DNA of 64,000 nt from an uncultured delta proteobacterium (lineage in GTDB: Bacteria; Desulfobacterota; Desulfomonilia; Desulfomonilales; Desulfomonilaceae), in NCBI GenBank assembly GCA_963811075.1, contig CAWEPY010000011.1, positions 15,393 through 79,392 on the forward strand, read 5' to 3'. Positions within the stretch are counted from its first letter, which is position 1. The number at the start of each line of letters is the position of its first letter. This document shows, one piece after another, positions 1 to 10,331 of the stretch. Under the pieces are notes generated by a model. That model was not told the DNA's origin. It saw nothing but the letters and a program-made list of their open reading frames with translations, and made no database searches. Made by a program: the position numbers and the translations under genes.

Positions 1-1360
1 CACGGCTTCATTGAGTCGAGCTGAAACATCTGGAGCCAGTTGGTGAAAAAGAGGCCTTCCCAACCGCAGTTCCCCTGCAACACCCAGGAGCCTAAGAGAT
101 GATTCGTTGAAGGCTGTGACTTTTTGATCAGCGTCAATGGCGATAACTCCAGCCGCTACATTTTTAAGAACTGTCTGTATATATTTTCGCCTGTTCTCAA
201 GATCGGCATTCACTCTTAGAAGTTCATCCCTGCCTTCTCTGAGGTCAGAAGCCATTTTGTTGAAGGAACGAACTAGAGCCCCCAACTCATCGTCTCCCAC
301 GGGTTCCACGAAGACATCGAGATTTCCAGAAGCTATCTGCTCTGTTCCTTTGGCAAGGCTCTGAAGAGGATCCGTGATATCTCGCGCCATGCTCATTCCG
401 AACCAGAATCCCACAAAAATGACCAGAAGCGCCACAATTAGCAAGATCAAGAGGTAGGTGGTCTTGACGGGCCCTTTGAGCCGCTTGGCTTCCTGATAGT
501 CATCATATGCTTTTGTTATGCCAAAAAGTCTGCTGGAAAGGGTTTGAGGAATCACGAGATCTACGACTACCACTCCTGAAACCCTGTTTGGCCCATTGAA
601 CACAATGGGCGCAATCCCCCTGACAAGATCCTCTCCCGAATCGAGCTTTACTACAGTAGAAGCGGCGGAACCGCCAAATCCAATCTTGAGAAAACTTGCC
701 ATAACGGGGACAGCGCTTGAATCAGTGGAATTAGACGAGGACACACCCAGCGGATGTTGGGATCCTAGAAGAAAGACATGGGCACGGCTTAAATTAAGGG
801 TGTGTATTTCAGTCTCAAGGAAATGTTTGATTTGATCATCCTGGCCATTTACATTGAGTTTTCTCTGTTGAATTTCGTTGGCCAATCTTTCAGCGCTCTT
901 GATAACGTTTTCAGAAGCTTTTTGATGATACGCCTGACCTATGAGCACAGAGGACGTAAGGGCTTCCTCTATCTGTACGGCGAACCAACTGTCTATGGTA
1001 GTGTGAAGAACACTTGCGCTTGCGATGAAAAGGACGACGGTTGGGACAAGCGTCAGCGCCACAAATGCCAGTATCAACCTAGTCTTGATCCTGTACTCCA
1101 AGGACCTTGCCTCTACGTTCAAATAACAGTTTAAAAATGTTACGGATCAAAAAGAAGATGATTAGAATCAGTAACAGAAGAACTACTGCTAGAAGACCAA
1201 AAATAAGAAGATGGCCGCTCATAGGACCTTCTCCACCAGATCGCGCCAATTCATAACCGACGAAAAACAACCCGACGAGCGCAAGCGCTGAAATCATGGA
1301 AACGATTAGTTCTCGCTTCCGTTTTTTCTTTTCGATCTCAGCCTTCAGCGTTTCTGTCAA
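1..1360 (-). pseudogene. NtrY-like multi-TM HAMP/PAS sensor histidine kinase; the 3' end runs off the window and the reading frame is broken near 1093-1100
   Basis: The 93-aa ORF (1079..1360, TTG start) encodes a Lys/Arg-rich N-terminus plus TM helices and stops at LFERRGKVLGVQDQD*. My minus-strand translation in the +1 frame continues YRIKTRLILAFVALTLVPTVVLF, then a second TM segment. It then gives a HAMP segment (DITDPLQSLAKGTEQIASGNLDVFVEPVGDDELGALVRSFNKMASDL) and the start of a PAS-like domain running to position 1. Confidence 0.6.
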
Positions 1361-1731
1361 AACAGTGACTCCGAAAATGAGTAAAGATCTTCATCATTGA
1401 AACCGAAATGATGACCTATCTCGTGTAGCATTACATCGCGAATGACTTCAACCAATCTTGTATCATCATCAATTGATCTCAGTATGGGTAAACGGAACAG
1501 GTGGATTCGACACGGCGGATTAAAGTTGTCGAAGAAGCTGCGTGCGCTTAGCGGTTGCCCAGAATAAAGCCCAAGCAATTCCCACCTAGATCCTAGGTTT
1601 AGGCTACGCAATGTGTCAGGTTCGGCAAAATCCTCTACAATAATTTCGAGGTTCTCCAAATTTTCTCGGAAACCTTCCGGAATTTGTTGCAGAGCTTCGA
1701 GGGCTTTCTTGCGGAACTGAGTTTCATCCAT
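1357..1731 (-). CDS. Metallopeptidase family protein (zincin-like, DUF1025-type)
   Basis: 124-aa ORF with an HEIGHHFG zinc-binding motif. Its TGA stop overlaps the TTG start of the downstream kinase gene (TTGA coupling). Confidence 0.75.
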   Translation of the reverse strand: MDETQFRKKALEALQQIPEGFRENLENLEIIVEDFAEPDTLRSLNLGSRWELLGLYSGQPLSARSFFDNFNPPCRIHLFRLPILRSIDDDTRLVEVIRDVMLHEIGHHFGFNDEDLYSFSESLF

Positions 1732-1798
1732 TACACATTGAGCTTGACATAAAAGGCAAATCTCGATTAGACGACGTCTAACAGAAAAGGATCAAAAT

Positions 1799-2425
1799 GT
1801 GAAGTCTTTGGATTGCTTTCACAATAGAAGCTTCATTGTGGTTGGACTTGGAAACCCTGGATTCAAATACGCCAACCATAGACACAACGCTGGATTCATG
1901 GCAGTTGATGTCTTAGCCGAAGAACTTGGAGGGATGTGGTCTTCGTCGAAGCATGACGCATTGACCTGTTCAAGCGTTTATTCTGGGAGCGAGTTGACTC
2001 TGGTCAAGCCTCAAACTTTCATGAATCTAAGCGGAAAATCAGTACACAAAATTATTTCCTTCAAGAAATTGGACATGGTTCCTCTGATAGTAATACATGA
2101 TGAGCTTGACATAAAGTTCGGTCGTGTGCGAATAAAAATCGGTGGTGGTGACGGCGGCCACAGGGGGATTCGTTCTATAGCGGATAGTCTGCGTTTTCGC
2201 GATTTTACAAGGGTCCGCATAGGGATCGGGCGACCGCCGCCCGGAGTAGACCCGGAAGATTTTGTTCTTCACCCTTTCACACCTTCTGAGAGACCTATTG
2301 CGAATCGGCTTGTTCGATTGGCGGTAGAAGCGACAAAACTCATCGTCAGTCACGGAACCGATTATGCGAAAAGCATTATTCACTCAACAGACAACGATTT
2401 TTCGATTCGGGATTTTCCAGATTGA
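1799..2425 (+). CDS. pth: Peptidyl-tRNA hydrolase
   Basis: IVVGLGNPGFKYANHRHNAGF N-terminal signature and HDELD motif. GTG start with an AAGGA Shine-Dalgarno (SD) sequence 7 nt upstream. Confidence 0.93.
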   Translation: MKSLDCFHNRSFIVVGLGNPGFKYANHRHNAGFMAVDVLAEELGGMWSSSKHDALTCSSVYSGSELTLVKPQTFMNLSGKSVHKIISFKKLDMVPLIVIHDELDIKFGRVRIKIGGGDGGHRGIRSIADSLRFRDFTRVRIGIGRPPPGVDPEDFVLHPFTPSERPIANRLVRLAVEATKLIVSHGTDYAKSIIHSTDNDFSIRDFPD

Positions 2426-2508
2426 GGTTTTCTCTTGCCTATTCGCAGCATTTGTAATAAAAGTTTATCTTTGAGCCTATGGAACGTTTGTAGGGGGTAA
2501 CCACACAA

Positions 2509-3201
2509 ATGAATGGAACAATGGTGAGCGAGGACAACGCACCGCTCCAAAAACTTTTAAGACCGCTGATCAAAGCGCTAAGAACAGCTTATATTCAAGG
2601 TACCACCGTTGTCAAACTGATGCCTTCTGAAAGGGCCATTCAGCTTTATTACAAGTACCGAAGAAAGAGTTACGATTTGCAGTGGTCCATAGATCCTGGA
2701 TATCGAAAGGGCCTGAGAAAATTGGTGGAACTCGTTGTTGAGAAAAACGACCGGGTTCTGGACGTAGGATGCGGCACGGGTTCGGCCACGGTGGTGGCAG
2801 CCCCGCGAGCCAAGGAAGTTGTGGGTATAGACTTGTCTCCGCACATGATTGAACTGGCTGAAGACAAGGCCCGAAAGAAATGTATTTCAAACACTTGTCT
2901 GTTCGCTTCATCTGTAGAGGATTATCGTCCAGATGAAGCTTTTGATAAGGTCATCAGCTCATTCATGATTCCTCATGTAAAACCTCATTTGCGGCCTCAG
3001 ATTTATTCTTGCATGTTTGATTTCTTGAAACCTGGTGGTTTAGTTGGACTGTTCGGGTCTCGAGGCGAGGTCTGTGACGTTTACGAAACTACCGACGAAA
3101 TCGTGGAGAATTTGACAAGATCAGGATTCACTGAAATCAAGTTATACGATGTCTACGATATTTATCGTATCGCCGTTGCAAAACGACCCGAGAATGTTTG
3201 A
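2509..3201 (+). CDS. Class I SAM-dependent methyltransferase
   Basis: VLDVGCGTGSATV (motif I) and VVGIDLSPHMI (motif II); 230 aa. Confidence 0.85.
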   Translation: MNGTMVSEDNAPLQKLLRPLIKALRTAYIQGTTVVKLMPSERAIQLYYKYRRKSYDLQWSIDPGYRKGLRKLVELVVEKNDRVLDVGCGTGSATVVAAPRAKEVVGIDLSPHMIELAEDKARKKCISNTCLFASSVEDYRPDEAFDKVISSFMIPHVKPHLRPQIYSCMFDFLKPGGLVGLFGSRGEVCDVYETTDEIVENLTRSGFTEIKLYDVYDIYRIAVAKRPENV

Positions 3202-3231
3202 TTTACGCATTTCGGTTTGAGATTTTATAAA

Positions 3232-3268
3232 GCCCTCCGCTCCAACCTGACGAGCGGGGGGCTTTTGG
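3232..3268 (+). terminator. Rho-independent terminator-like hairpin after the methyltransferase gene
   Basis: gccctccgctc / caacctgac / gagcggggggc (11-bp stem, one mismatch), followed by ttttgggtt. Confidence 0.5.
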
Positions 3269-3307
3269 GTTCCATTCAAAGAAACGACGTAAGCCTCTAA
3301 CCTAGGT

Positions 3308-4426
3308 TTAGAAATCCGGCGTCAACACAAGTCGTTTCGTTAAGCCACCACTGTGAGCTTCCTTGAACGCTTCCTTAATAGTAGACATAGGTCGGGTTTC
3401 CAAGAGCGGATCTATTTTTATGGCCCCCGACTGGACCATTTCCAAAACCTTAGGATAATATTCCGGCAGACATCCCCATGTTCCTATAATTTCAGCGTCA
3501 AAAGCCATCAACCTCGAAATGCTGTAGGAATTTTTCTGGAGTCCAAAACCTACTACCACCAGTTTTCCAATGAAGCCAAGCAATCCTAGAGCCAAGTCCT
3601 GTGCGGATCCTACGCCTGTACACTCGAAAATTTTCCAGCCAACATTGTGTCTCACTTTAGACTGCTTTGAGATTGATTTGAATTCCTCCTGAACCGCTTT
3701 GAAATCCTTATCCCGGGTATTGATAACATAATCTACTCCCAGATCAAGGGCCCTCTGGAGCTTTTCTTCATGGCGTGCCATCCCAACAATAGGATAAGCC
3801 CCCAGAGCCTTCGCTACCTGAGCCATATACACACCGACCCCGCCCGTCACCCCGGTAATCAGGACCGGATCACCAGCCTTCAGGTCGGCTCTCTTGGCAG
3901 CCTGATATGGAGTGGTAGCCGCATCCGCTATAACCGCATAATTTTCAAGAGGTCTTCCTTGAAGATCATCTATCACACACAAATCAGCGGAAGGGACTGG
4001 GATATGACTTGAAAACCCACCGTAGACGCCTAAAGAGTTACCCGGCATCTTTTGAGCCAAGCAACGGTTCCCTCTTCCTTTGGCGCATATGTCACAGGAG
4101 TTGCACGGCATCACCGCCGGCACTATGACGTTCTTGCCGACCCAGGATTCGGCTCCCGGGCCACTGGCCACAACAGTTCCCGAAATCTCATGGCCCAAGG
4201 TCAAAGGCGGTTTCGTTACCGTGGGCACGCCATCGTAAAAATATGACATGTCTGTATGACATACTCCACAGCCGGCTATTTGCACCAAGACCTCTCCTGC
4301 CCCCAGGTCGGGCACAGGAATCTCTTTTTTTTCCAACTCTCCCGGCGCTGTGACTTTACGAGCCTCAACGTCGTAGGTCGGTCCCTTAACCATTTGCCAA
4401 GTCAGTATCTTGTCCGGTACGCTCAC
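3308..4426 (-). CDS. Zinc-dependent alcohol dehydrogenase family protein, resembling 6-hydroxycyclohex-1-ene-1-carbonyl-CoA dehydrogenase (Had)
   Basis: GCGVCHTDMSYFYDGVPTVTKPPLTLGHEISG catalytic-zinc region, structural-zinc Cys cluster CNSCDICAKGRGNRC, and GVTGGVG Rossmann motif. I place the start at the GTG at 4426 (AGGAGG SD 7 nt upstream) rather than at the top of the ORF at 4513. Confidence 0.8.
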   Translation of the reverse strand: MSVPDKILTWQMVKGPTYDVEARKVTAPGELEKKEIPVPDLGAGEVLVQIAGCGVCHTDMSYFYDGVPTVTKPPLTLGHEISGTVVASGPGAESWVGKNVIVPAVMPCNSCDICAKGRGNRCLAQKMPGNSLGVYGGFSSHIPVPSADLCVIDDLQGRPLENYAVIADAATTPYQAAKRADLKAGDPVLITGVTGGVGVYMAQVAKALGAYPIVGMARHEEKLQRALDLGVDYVINTRDKDFKAVQEEFKSISKQSKVRHNVGWKIFECTGVGSAQDLALGLLGFIGKLVVVGFGLQKNSYSISRLMAFDAEIIGTWGCLPEYYPKVLEMVQSGAIKIDPLLETRPMSTIKEAFKEAHSGGLTKRLVLTPDF

Positions 4427-4646
4427 GCAAACACCTCCTGATTTCGACTTAAAAATGTTGGTCATCCAGTATGATAGAGGATGGCCAGAGTTCTTAAAAT
4501 TCAACAGATACAAATCAGATTAGAGCATATTGCCACGCGGTTACTTCTGTCAAGCGAAATCCTGCACATGGCCGAAGACTTCGAACAAAGGCATAACCTA
4601 TAGAAATAATGTTTTATTGTGGAAAACTAACCTGTTAATAACCCTA

Positions 4647-4674
4647 GCTATTGTTCACTACCGAGAACAATAGC
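4647..4674. repeat. Perfect 10-bp inverted repeat (gctattgttc N8 gaacaatagc) between the aminotransferase and ADH genes
   Basis: Read directly from the sequence. It lies 19 nt downstream of the minus-strand aminotransferase stop. There is no clear U-tract, so it could be a terminator or an operator. Confidence 0.4.
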
Positions 4675-4692
4675 AGCGCACTAAAGTTGATC

Positions 4693-5559
4693 TCAATAGG
4701 ACTTCACGTACTCATTAAGAATCAGACTTGCTTTAAGTGTTACCGGTCCCGGCTTTCCTGATCCTATGACCACATCATTGAGTTTGACCACCGGAAGGAT
4801 GTTACGTGTGGTCGACGCCAGAAACCCTTCTTCAAACTCGCCTAAGTCGTCGACAGAGACCGTGCGCTCGGAAAGTTTCATTCCCGAAATTGGACGTAAA
4901 ACTTCGAAGATCGCTCTTCGAGTTACGCTGTCAAGAATACGACCGTCTAAAGGAGGAGTAACAATCTCACCCTCCTTGGTCACAAAGAAAATTGTGAATG
5001 TTGATCCTTCTAGTATTGTCTTATTGTCAAGAGGACACAGAAACAACACGTCGTAGGCCTGGTATCTTGGTACAACGGTTTGATGAGCGATCACGGCCCC
5101 AATATAATTTAACAGCTTGACATCCGGAAGCATCCTTTGATGAGCAAAAGTGGCCAGAGTAACCCCCTCATCGTAGTATTCCCGGGGTGGGGAGACCATC
5201 CGTTGGGCAACGACGTAAAGGTGGCCCCTCCGACCTGACTGCTTCATCGTTTCTCCATCCAGTCCACCACTAAAAATTATATCTATCAGTAGGTTCTCCG
5301 GTGTCTCTAGCATATTTCGTTCAATCACTTCTATGAGGACCTTCTTGAGATCTGGGCGAGTCTGTGGAGGCGTCATATAAATTGACGAAGCTGATTTGTA
5401 AAGACGGTCCAAATGGTCTTCCAGCCTAAAGATCTTTCCGTTGACTGTCCTGCAGGCTGTGAATATACGATATCCCCTTATGGTACCGCTGATGTCGTCA
5501 CTGAAAGGAAAGACCAGATCTTCAGTGTTAACAAAATGGTCTCGCTGAAAAGAGATCAT
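4693..5559 (-). CDS. Class IV aminotransferase (branched-chain amino acid / D-amino acid aminotransferase family)
   Basis: 288 aa. Fold-type IV features: RLEDHLDRLYKSASSI, LEGSTFTIFFV, GILDSVTR. Confidence 0.85.
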   Translation of the reverse strand: MISFQRDHFVNTEDLVFPFSDDISGTIRGYRIFTACRTVNGKIFRLEDHLDRLYKSASSIYMTPPQTRPDLKKVLIEVIERNMLETPENLLIDIIFSGGLDGETMKQSGRRGHLYVVAQRMVSPPREYYDEGVTLATFAHQRMLPDVKLLNYIGAVIAHQTVVPRYQAYDVLFLCPLDNKTILEGSTFTIFFVTKEGEIVTPPLDGRILDSVTRRAIFEVLRPISGMKLSERTVSVDDLGEFEEGFLASTTRNILPVVKLNDVVIGSGKPGPVTLKASLILNEYVKSY

Positions 5560-5680
5560 TGCGTTTCTCCAATGTTGTTGTTCGTCAAGAATCCCGTCTT
5601 ACTAATCTTCAAACCCTTTGATCAATCTACGAAGCATGAAAATTGAAAGTATGCCCACGAAAATTTCACATCTCCGCATT

Positions 5681-8326
5681 TTACTGCGCTTTTCCACAAC
5701 ATTTCTTGTATTTCTTGCCGGAACCGCATGGGCAAGGAGCATTGCGACCTATCTTTTGTGCCGTCCGACGCTGAGACTCTACGGCTGAATCCGAACCGGT
5801 AAGATTGGCATGAACACTCTGTAATTCCCTTTCCCTGGACTCGTTCATCTCCTCGATTTCGTTCGGCATAGCCAGTTTCACAAGCAAGAGGTTCCGCGCC
5901 GTCTCTTCCTTTATTCTGAAACTCATATCAAGAAATAGCTCATACCCTTCTTTCTGATATTCTTTTAGAGGATCTCTTTGTCCATAGCCTCTTAAACCAA
6001 TGCCTTCCTTTAGGTGGTCCATATTGAGAAGATGATCTTTCCACTGAGAATCAACGGCTTGTAGCATTATGAATTTTTCAAGTTCACGCATTATTGGAGA
6101 GGATATCTCAGCTTCTTTCTTCTCATATTGATCCTTAACTCTTTCAATCACATGGTCAACAAGTCCAACTTCCGTCTGCTCGACTTCCGGAAGGGCCTTG
6201 AAATCAAACCTGATACCGAATTGACCATATAATAATTCGGATAGCGCTGTTATGTCCCAATCCTCGAAATGAGTCTTCTCGTTCGTGAAGCGCCGAACCG
6301 TTTCATCAGCTACGTCTTCTATCATTTCAAAGACCGTAGGCTTTAAGTCAGACCCTGCAAGGATAAACTTTCGTTGGGAATAAACGACCTCCCTCTGCTT
6401 GTTCATAACATCGTCAAAATCTATGAGATGTTTTCTGATTTCAAAGTTATGCGCTTCAACCTTTTTCTGGGCGTTTTCAATGGCCTTTGAAGTATACTTG
6501 TGCTCTATGGGCTCACCATCCTGCATGCCAACCCGTTCCATAATCATCTTAACTCGGTCTCCGCCAAAAATACGCATCAGATCATCTTCGAGACTTACGC
6601 AAAAACGACTGGAACCAGGATCCCCCTGCCGCCCTGATCTTCCCCTCAACTGGTTGTCAATACGACGAGACTCATGTCTTTCAGTTCCGAGTATGTGCAA
6701 CCCCCCAGCTTCAATAACTGAAATCCTTTGCTGTTCGCACTTGGACTTGAATTCATCCAATAACTTTTCAAAATCTTCGGAATTCTCGCCTTTCCCAGAC
6801 TTTGAACGGGCCATAAAAACAGGATTCCCTCCCAAAATTATGTCAGTGCCTCGACCCGCCATGTTGGTCGAGATGGTTACACCCTTAAAACGTCCCGCCT
6901 GTGCTACAATTTCAGCTTCAAGCGCGTGATTTTTCGCATTGAGAATATTGTGAGGTATGCCGTATTTCTTGAGTCTCTTGGCAAGATATTCAGATTTTTC
7001 TATTGAAATCGTTCCAACCAATACAGGCTGCCCTGTTTCATAGAGATTACGGATCTCGGAAATCACCGCCTCAAATTTTTCATTTTCAGTTTTGTAAATT
7101 AGGTCAGGATAATCAGTTCTTATCATGGGCAAATTGGTCGGTATTATTACGACTTCCAGATTATAAATTTTGTGAAATTCGGCCGCTTCCGTGTCGGCTG
7201 TACCCGTCATTCCGGACAATTTGTCGTACATACGGAAATAATTTTGGAAGGTTATTGTGGCCAGGGTCTGGTTCTCGTTCTCTATCTTTACTCCCTCTTT
7301 GGCTTCCAATGCCTGATGAAGCCCATCGGAGTAACGTCGACCCGGCATAAGCCTACCCGTGAATTCATCTACGATTATGACCTGTCCATCCTTGACGATG
7401 TAATCTACATCGTTCTTAAACAATGTGTGGGCTTTCAAACCCTGATTTACATGATGGAGCGTCTCCATCTGGGCTGGATCGTAAAGATTACTAACTCCCA
7501 AAGATCTTTCCACACGAGCAATGCCTTCTTCCGTCAGGACAACGCTTCTTGCTTTTTCGTCAAGTGTATAATGGATATCCTTCTGCAATCCTGGTATAAC
7601 GCGATTAATTTTGTAGTAGCGATCAGTGTTCTCATGAGTGGGCCCGGATATTATCAAAGGGGTCCTCGCCTCATCTATCAGGATGCTGTCAACTTCATCG
7701 ACTATTGCGTAATGAAGTTCACGTTGCACATAATCTTCCAAAGCGAACTTCATATTGTCCCTAAGATAGTCAAACCCAAACTCGTTGTTGGTTCCATAAG
7801 TGACATCACATCCGTAGGCTAGTCTTCTTTGCTCATCATCCAGATCATGAACGATGACGCCAACCGACAATCCGAGAAACTTGTATATTTCCCCCATCCA
7901 TTCAGAGTCTCGTCTAGCAAGATAGTCATTAACCGTAACGACATGTACTCCCTTGCCTGTGAGGGAATTAAGATACACCGAAAGAGTAGCCGCCAAAGTC
8001 TTGCCTTCGCCGGTTTTCATTTCAGCTATCTTGCCTTGGTGCAGCACCAAACCGCCTATTAATTGCACGTCAAAATGCCTCATTCCCAGAGCTCTTACTG
8101 ACGCTTCCCGGACCAGCGCAAAGGCTTCTGGCGTTAGGTCATCGAGCGATTCTTCTCCAGAATTGAGCCTCTCCTTAAACCTAAATGTCATCAAGGGGAA
8201 GTCTTCATTCCGGAGGTTCTTCATCTTGGATTCATGTTCGTTGATTTCCCCAACTATCGGATCAATCCTTTTCAATTCCCGGTCATTTTTACTGCCGAAA
8301 AGTTTTCGAGCGATCGAAGAAAACAT
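5681..8326 (-). CDS. secA: Preprotein translocase ATPase SecA
   Basis: 881 aa. Walker [29 protein letters not shown], and a C-terminal zinc finger [14 protein letters not shown]. Confidence 0.98.
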   Translation of the reverse strand: MFSSIARKLFGSKNDRELKRIDPIVGEINEHESKMKNLRNEDFPLMTFRFKERLNSGEESLDDLTPEAFALVREASVRALGMRHFDVQLIGGLVLHQGKIAEMKTGEGKTLAATLSVYLNSLTGKGVHVVTVNDYLARRDSEWMGEIYKFLGLSVGVIVHDLDDEQRRLAYGCDVTYGTNNEFGFDYLRDNMKFALEDYVQRELHYAIVDEVDSILIDEARTPLIISGPTHENTDRYYKINRVIPGLQKDIHYTLDEKARSVVLTEEGIARVERSLGVSNLYDPAQMETLHHVNQGLKAHTLFKNDVDYIVKDGQVIIVDEFTGRLMPGRRYSDGLHQALEAKEGVKIENENQTLATITFQNYFRMYDKLSGMTGTADTEAAEFHKIYNLEVVIIPTNLPMIRTDYPDLIYKTENEKFEAVISEIRNLYETGQPVLVGTISIEKSEYLAKRLKKYGIPHNILNAKNHALEAEIVAQAGRFKGVTISTNMAGRGTDIILGGNPVFMARSKSGKGENSEDFEKLLDEFKSKCEQQRISVIEAGGLHILGTERHESRRIDNQLRGRSGRQGDPGSSRFCVSLEDDLMRIFGGDRVKMIMERVGMQDGEPIEHKYTSKAIENAQKKVEAHNFEIRKHLIDFDDVMNKQREVVYSQRKFILAGSDLKPTVFEMIEDVADETVRRFTNEKTHFEDWDITALSELLYGQFGIRFDFKALPEVEQTEVGLVDHVIERVKDQYEKKEAEISSPIMRELEKFIMLQAVDSQWKDHLLNMDHLKEGIGLRGYGQRDPLKEYQKEGYELFLDMSFRIKEETARNLLLVKLAMPNEIEEMNESRERELQSVHANLTGSDSAVESQRRTAQKIGRNAPCPCGSGKKYKKCCGKAQ

Positions 8327-8652
8327 TTTTCAATCCTACCCCAGAAATTAATATCTGTACTAACAAAGTACGATTGGATGCGTAAAAGATCCATAGCTAT
8401 TGTAGTCAACCACCAACAATGAACTGTTTCAGAATTTGAGGATCTTTCTCTTAATTTGTAAGCGAATGACTGGCTGCCTAGGGGTAATCGAAACTACTCC
8501 GATTTGTTAAACGGGCAGTCGTCAGGCAGAGTTTGATCTATCACAGAGCGCCAGGGGTGTCAATCAGGGGAATTTTACCGATCTGTGAGCACAGATGGAA
8601 CATGGCCGAAGGAATCAGATTACCTCTGACAGTTCTTAACATGAAGCAATTG

Positions 8653-10242
8653 TCATGGAATCAGTTCAGTTGAGCGCACCGTGTCATAATAGTCGACCAA
8701 AGCCTCAATCAAACCATCCACAGTAAATTCTTTGGCTTGGACAGACGGATTTACACCATATTTAACAAGTGTGTCTGACGTAATTGGGCCTATAGAGGCT
8801 ACAACCGTATCATTGAGCAAATTCGATATATCTGGACCATTCATCATATCTGCAAAATGATCAACAGTGGAAGAAGAAGTGAAGGTCACGGCATCAACTG
8901 ACTTATTGAGAAACAGGTTTCTAATGGTATCTACATTGTCCCCGGATGGGCGAATGGTTCGGTAAACGGGCACGATGTCGACCATGGCCCCTCTTTTTAC
9001 CAGACCATCTCGAAGCACGTCTCGCGCCTTTTCCGCTCTGGGTATCAGGAAACGTTTACCAGCCAGGTCTTGGTTCTCAAAGAATTCCAGAATGCCCTCA
9101 GCCACGAATTCCTTGGCCAACACGTCTACTCTTATACCTTTCAAACGGATTGCCTTGGCTGTTACCGGACCTATGGCTCCAAATATGGGACCAGCCAGGA
9201 CCCTAATATCTTTACCAAGATCAAAGAAATGTTTGAAAAATCTTTCCACTCCATTCTCAGATGTAAAGAGCACCCAGTCATAATCGGAAATTGTCTCGAT
9301 TGCTCTTTCCAATGGCCCATAATCGATCGGACCAATTATCTCTATGGTAGGAAAAAGAATGGGTTCCCCTCCATGTCTTGAAATCTTGTCAGCCATTTTC
9401 CTGGATTGCTCTCTAGAACGCGTCACCACGATCTTCTTACCAAAGAGAGGCTTGGATTCATACCAAGACAGCGATTTCCTCAGTGTGACAACCGAACCGA
9501 CTACCAGCACAGCTGGCGCTGATAATCCCCTTTTCAGGCATTCAGAAGCAATGTGTTCAAGATCCGACGCCAGTGAAGCCTGCCTAGGAGTCGTTCCCCA
9601 CCTGACTAAGGCGGCCGGTGTATCAGGGGACATACCGTGGGCAAGGAGTCTCTTTGAAATGTTGTCTATGTTTTTAACTCCCATCAAAAAGACTAGAGTC
9701 CCAGGGTTCCTGGCAAGAATTGACCAGTCTATAGCGGATTCATCCTTTGACGGATCTTCGTGTCCAGTAACGAAAGTCACCAATGAAGCATGATCCCTAT
9801 GGGTAACTGGAATTCCAGCATAAGCGGGGGCTGCTATGGCGGAAGTTATCCCTGGTATCACCTCAAAAGCGATACCTGCGCTCGCAAGTTTTTCAGCTTC
9901 TTCCCCTCCCCTACCGAATACATATGGATCACCGCCCTTTAGACGAACGACTACTTTACCTTCTAAAGCTTTCGAAACTAATAACTGATTTATATCAACC
10001 TGTTCAAGGGAATGGACCTTACCCGTCTTGCCGACATAAATAAGTTCGGCGCCTGGATTGGCTTTATCGACAAAATTGTGGCCTGCGAGGTAATCATAAA
10101 CAATTACGTCAGCAGACGCGATGGCTTCAGCCGCCTTCAGGGTTAACAATCCGGGGTCACCAGGACCGGCCCCTACCAGATACACAATTCCACGAGTTTT
10201 GCCATCTTGATCATGCTTCATGCTTAACCGTCTCTGTCCCAT
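8653..10242 (-). CDS. cobA-hemD: Bifunctional uroporphyrinogen-III C-methyltransferase / uroporphyrinogen-III synthase
   Basis: The N-terminal half has VYLVGAGPGDPGLLTLKA and RLKGGDPYVFGRGGEE (SUMT). The C-terminal ~250 aa is HemD-like (KKIVVTRSREQS ... FTSSSTV). Confidence 0.92.
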   Translation of the reverse strand: MGQRRLSMKHDQDGKTRGIVYLVGAGPGDPGLLTLKAAEAIASADVIVYDYLAGHNFVDKANPGAELIYVGKTGKVHSLEQVDINQLLVSKALEGKVVVRLKGGDPYVFGRGGEEAEKLASAGIAFEVIPGITSAIAAPAYAGIPVTHRDHASLVTFVTGHEDPSKDESAIDWSILARNPGTLVFLMGVKNIDNISKRLLAHGMSPDTPAALVRWGTTPRQASLASDLEHIASECLKRGLSAPAVLVVGSVVTLRKSLSWYESKPLFGKKIVVTRSREQSRKMADKISRHGGEPILFPTIEIIGPIDYGPLERAIETISDYDWVLFTSENGVERFFKHFFDLGKDIRVLAGPIFGAIGPVTAKAIRLKGIRVDVLAKEFVAEGILEFFENQDLAGKRFLIPRAEKARDVLRDGLVKRGAMVDIVPVYRTIRPSGDNVDTIRNLFLNKSVDAVTFTSSSTVDHFADMMNGPDISNLLNDTVVASIGPITSDTLVKYGVNPSVQAKEFTVDGLIEALVDYYDTVRSTELIP

Positions 10243-10331
10243 GTTTGCTCTTAGTTGACATAAAGTCTTGGCAGTCTAAAAAAAACTTCCCAATACATTC
10301 GACCCGGACTTTCAAATACGCCGATATGTCC

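Noticed and set aside
6399-8422. Several 60-216-aa plus-strand ORFs inside secA (6399..6929, 7003..7350, 7172..7822, 7829..8062, 7953..8351, 8234..8422).
   Set aside because: They are antisense to a clearly conserved 881-aa SecA frame. Their composition is low-complexity (Ser/Pro/Arg/Ile-rich), with no recognisable motifs or SD sequences.
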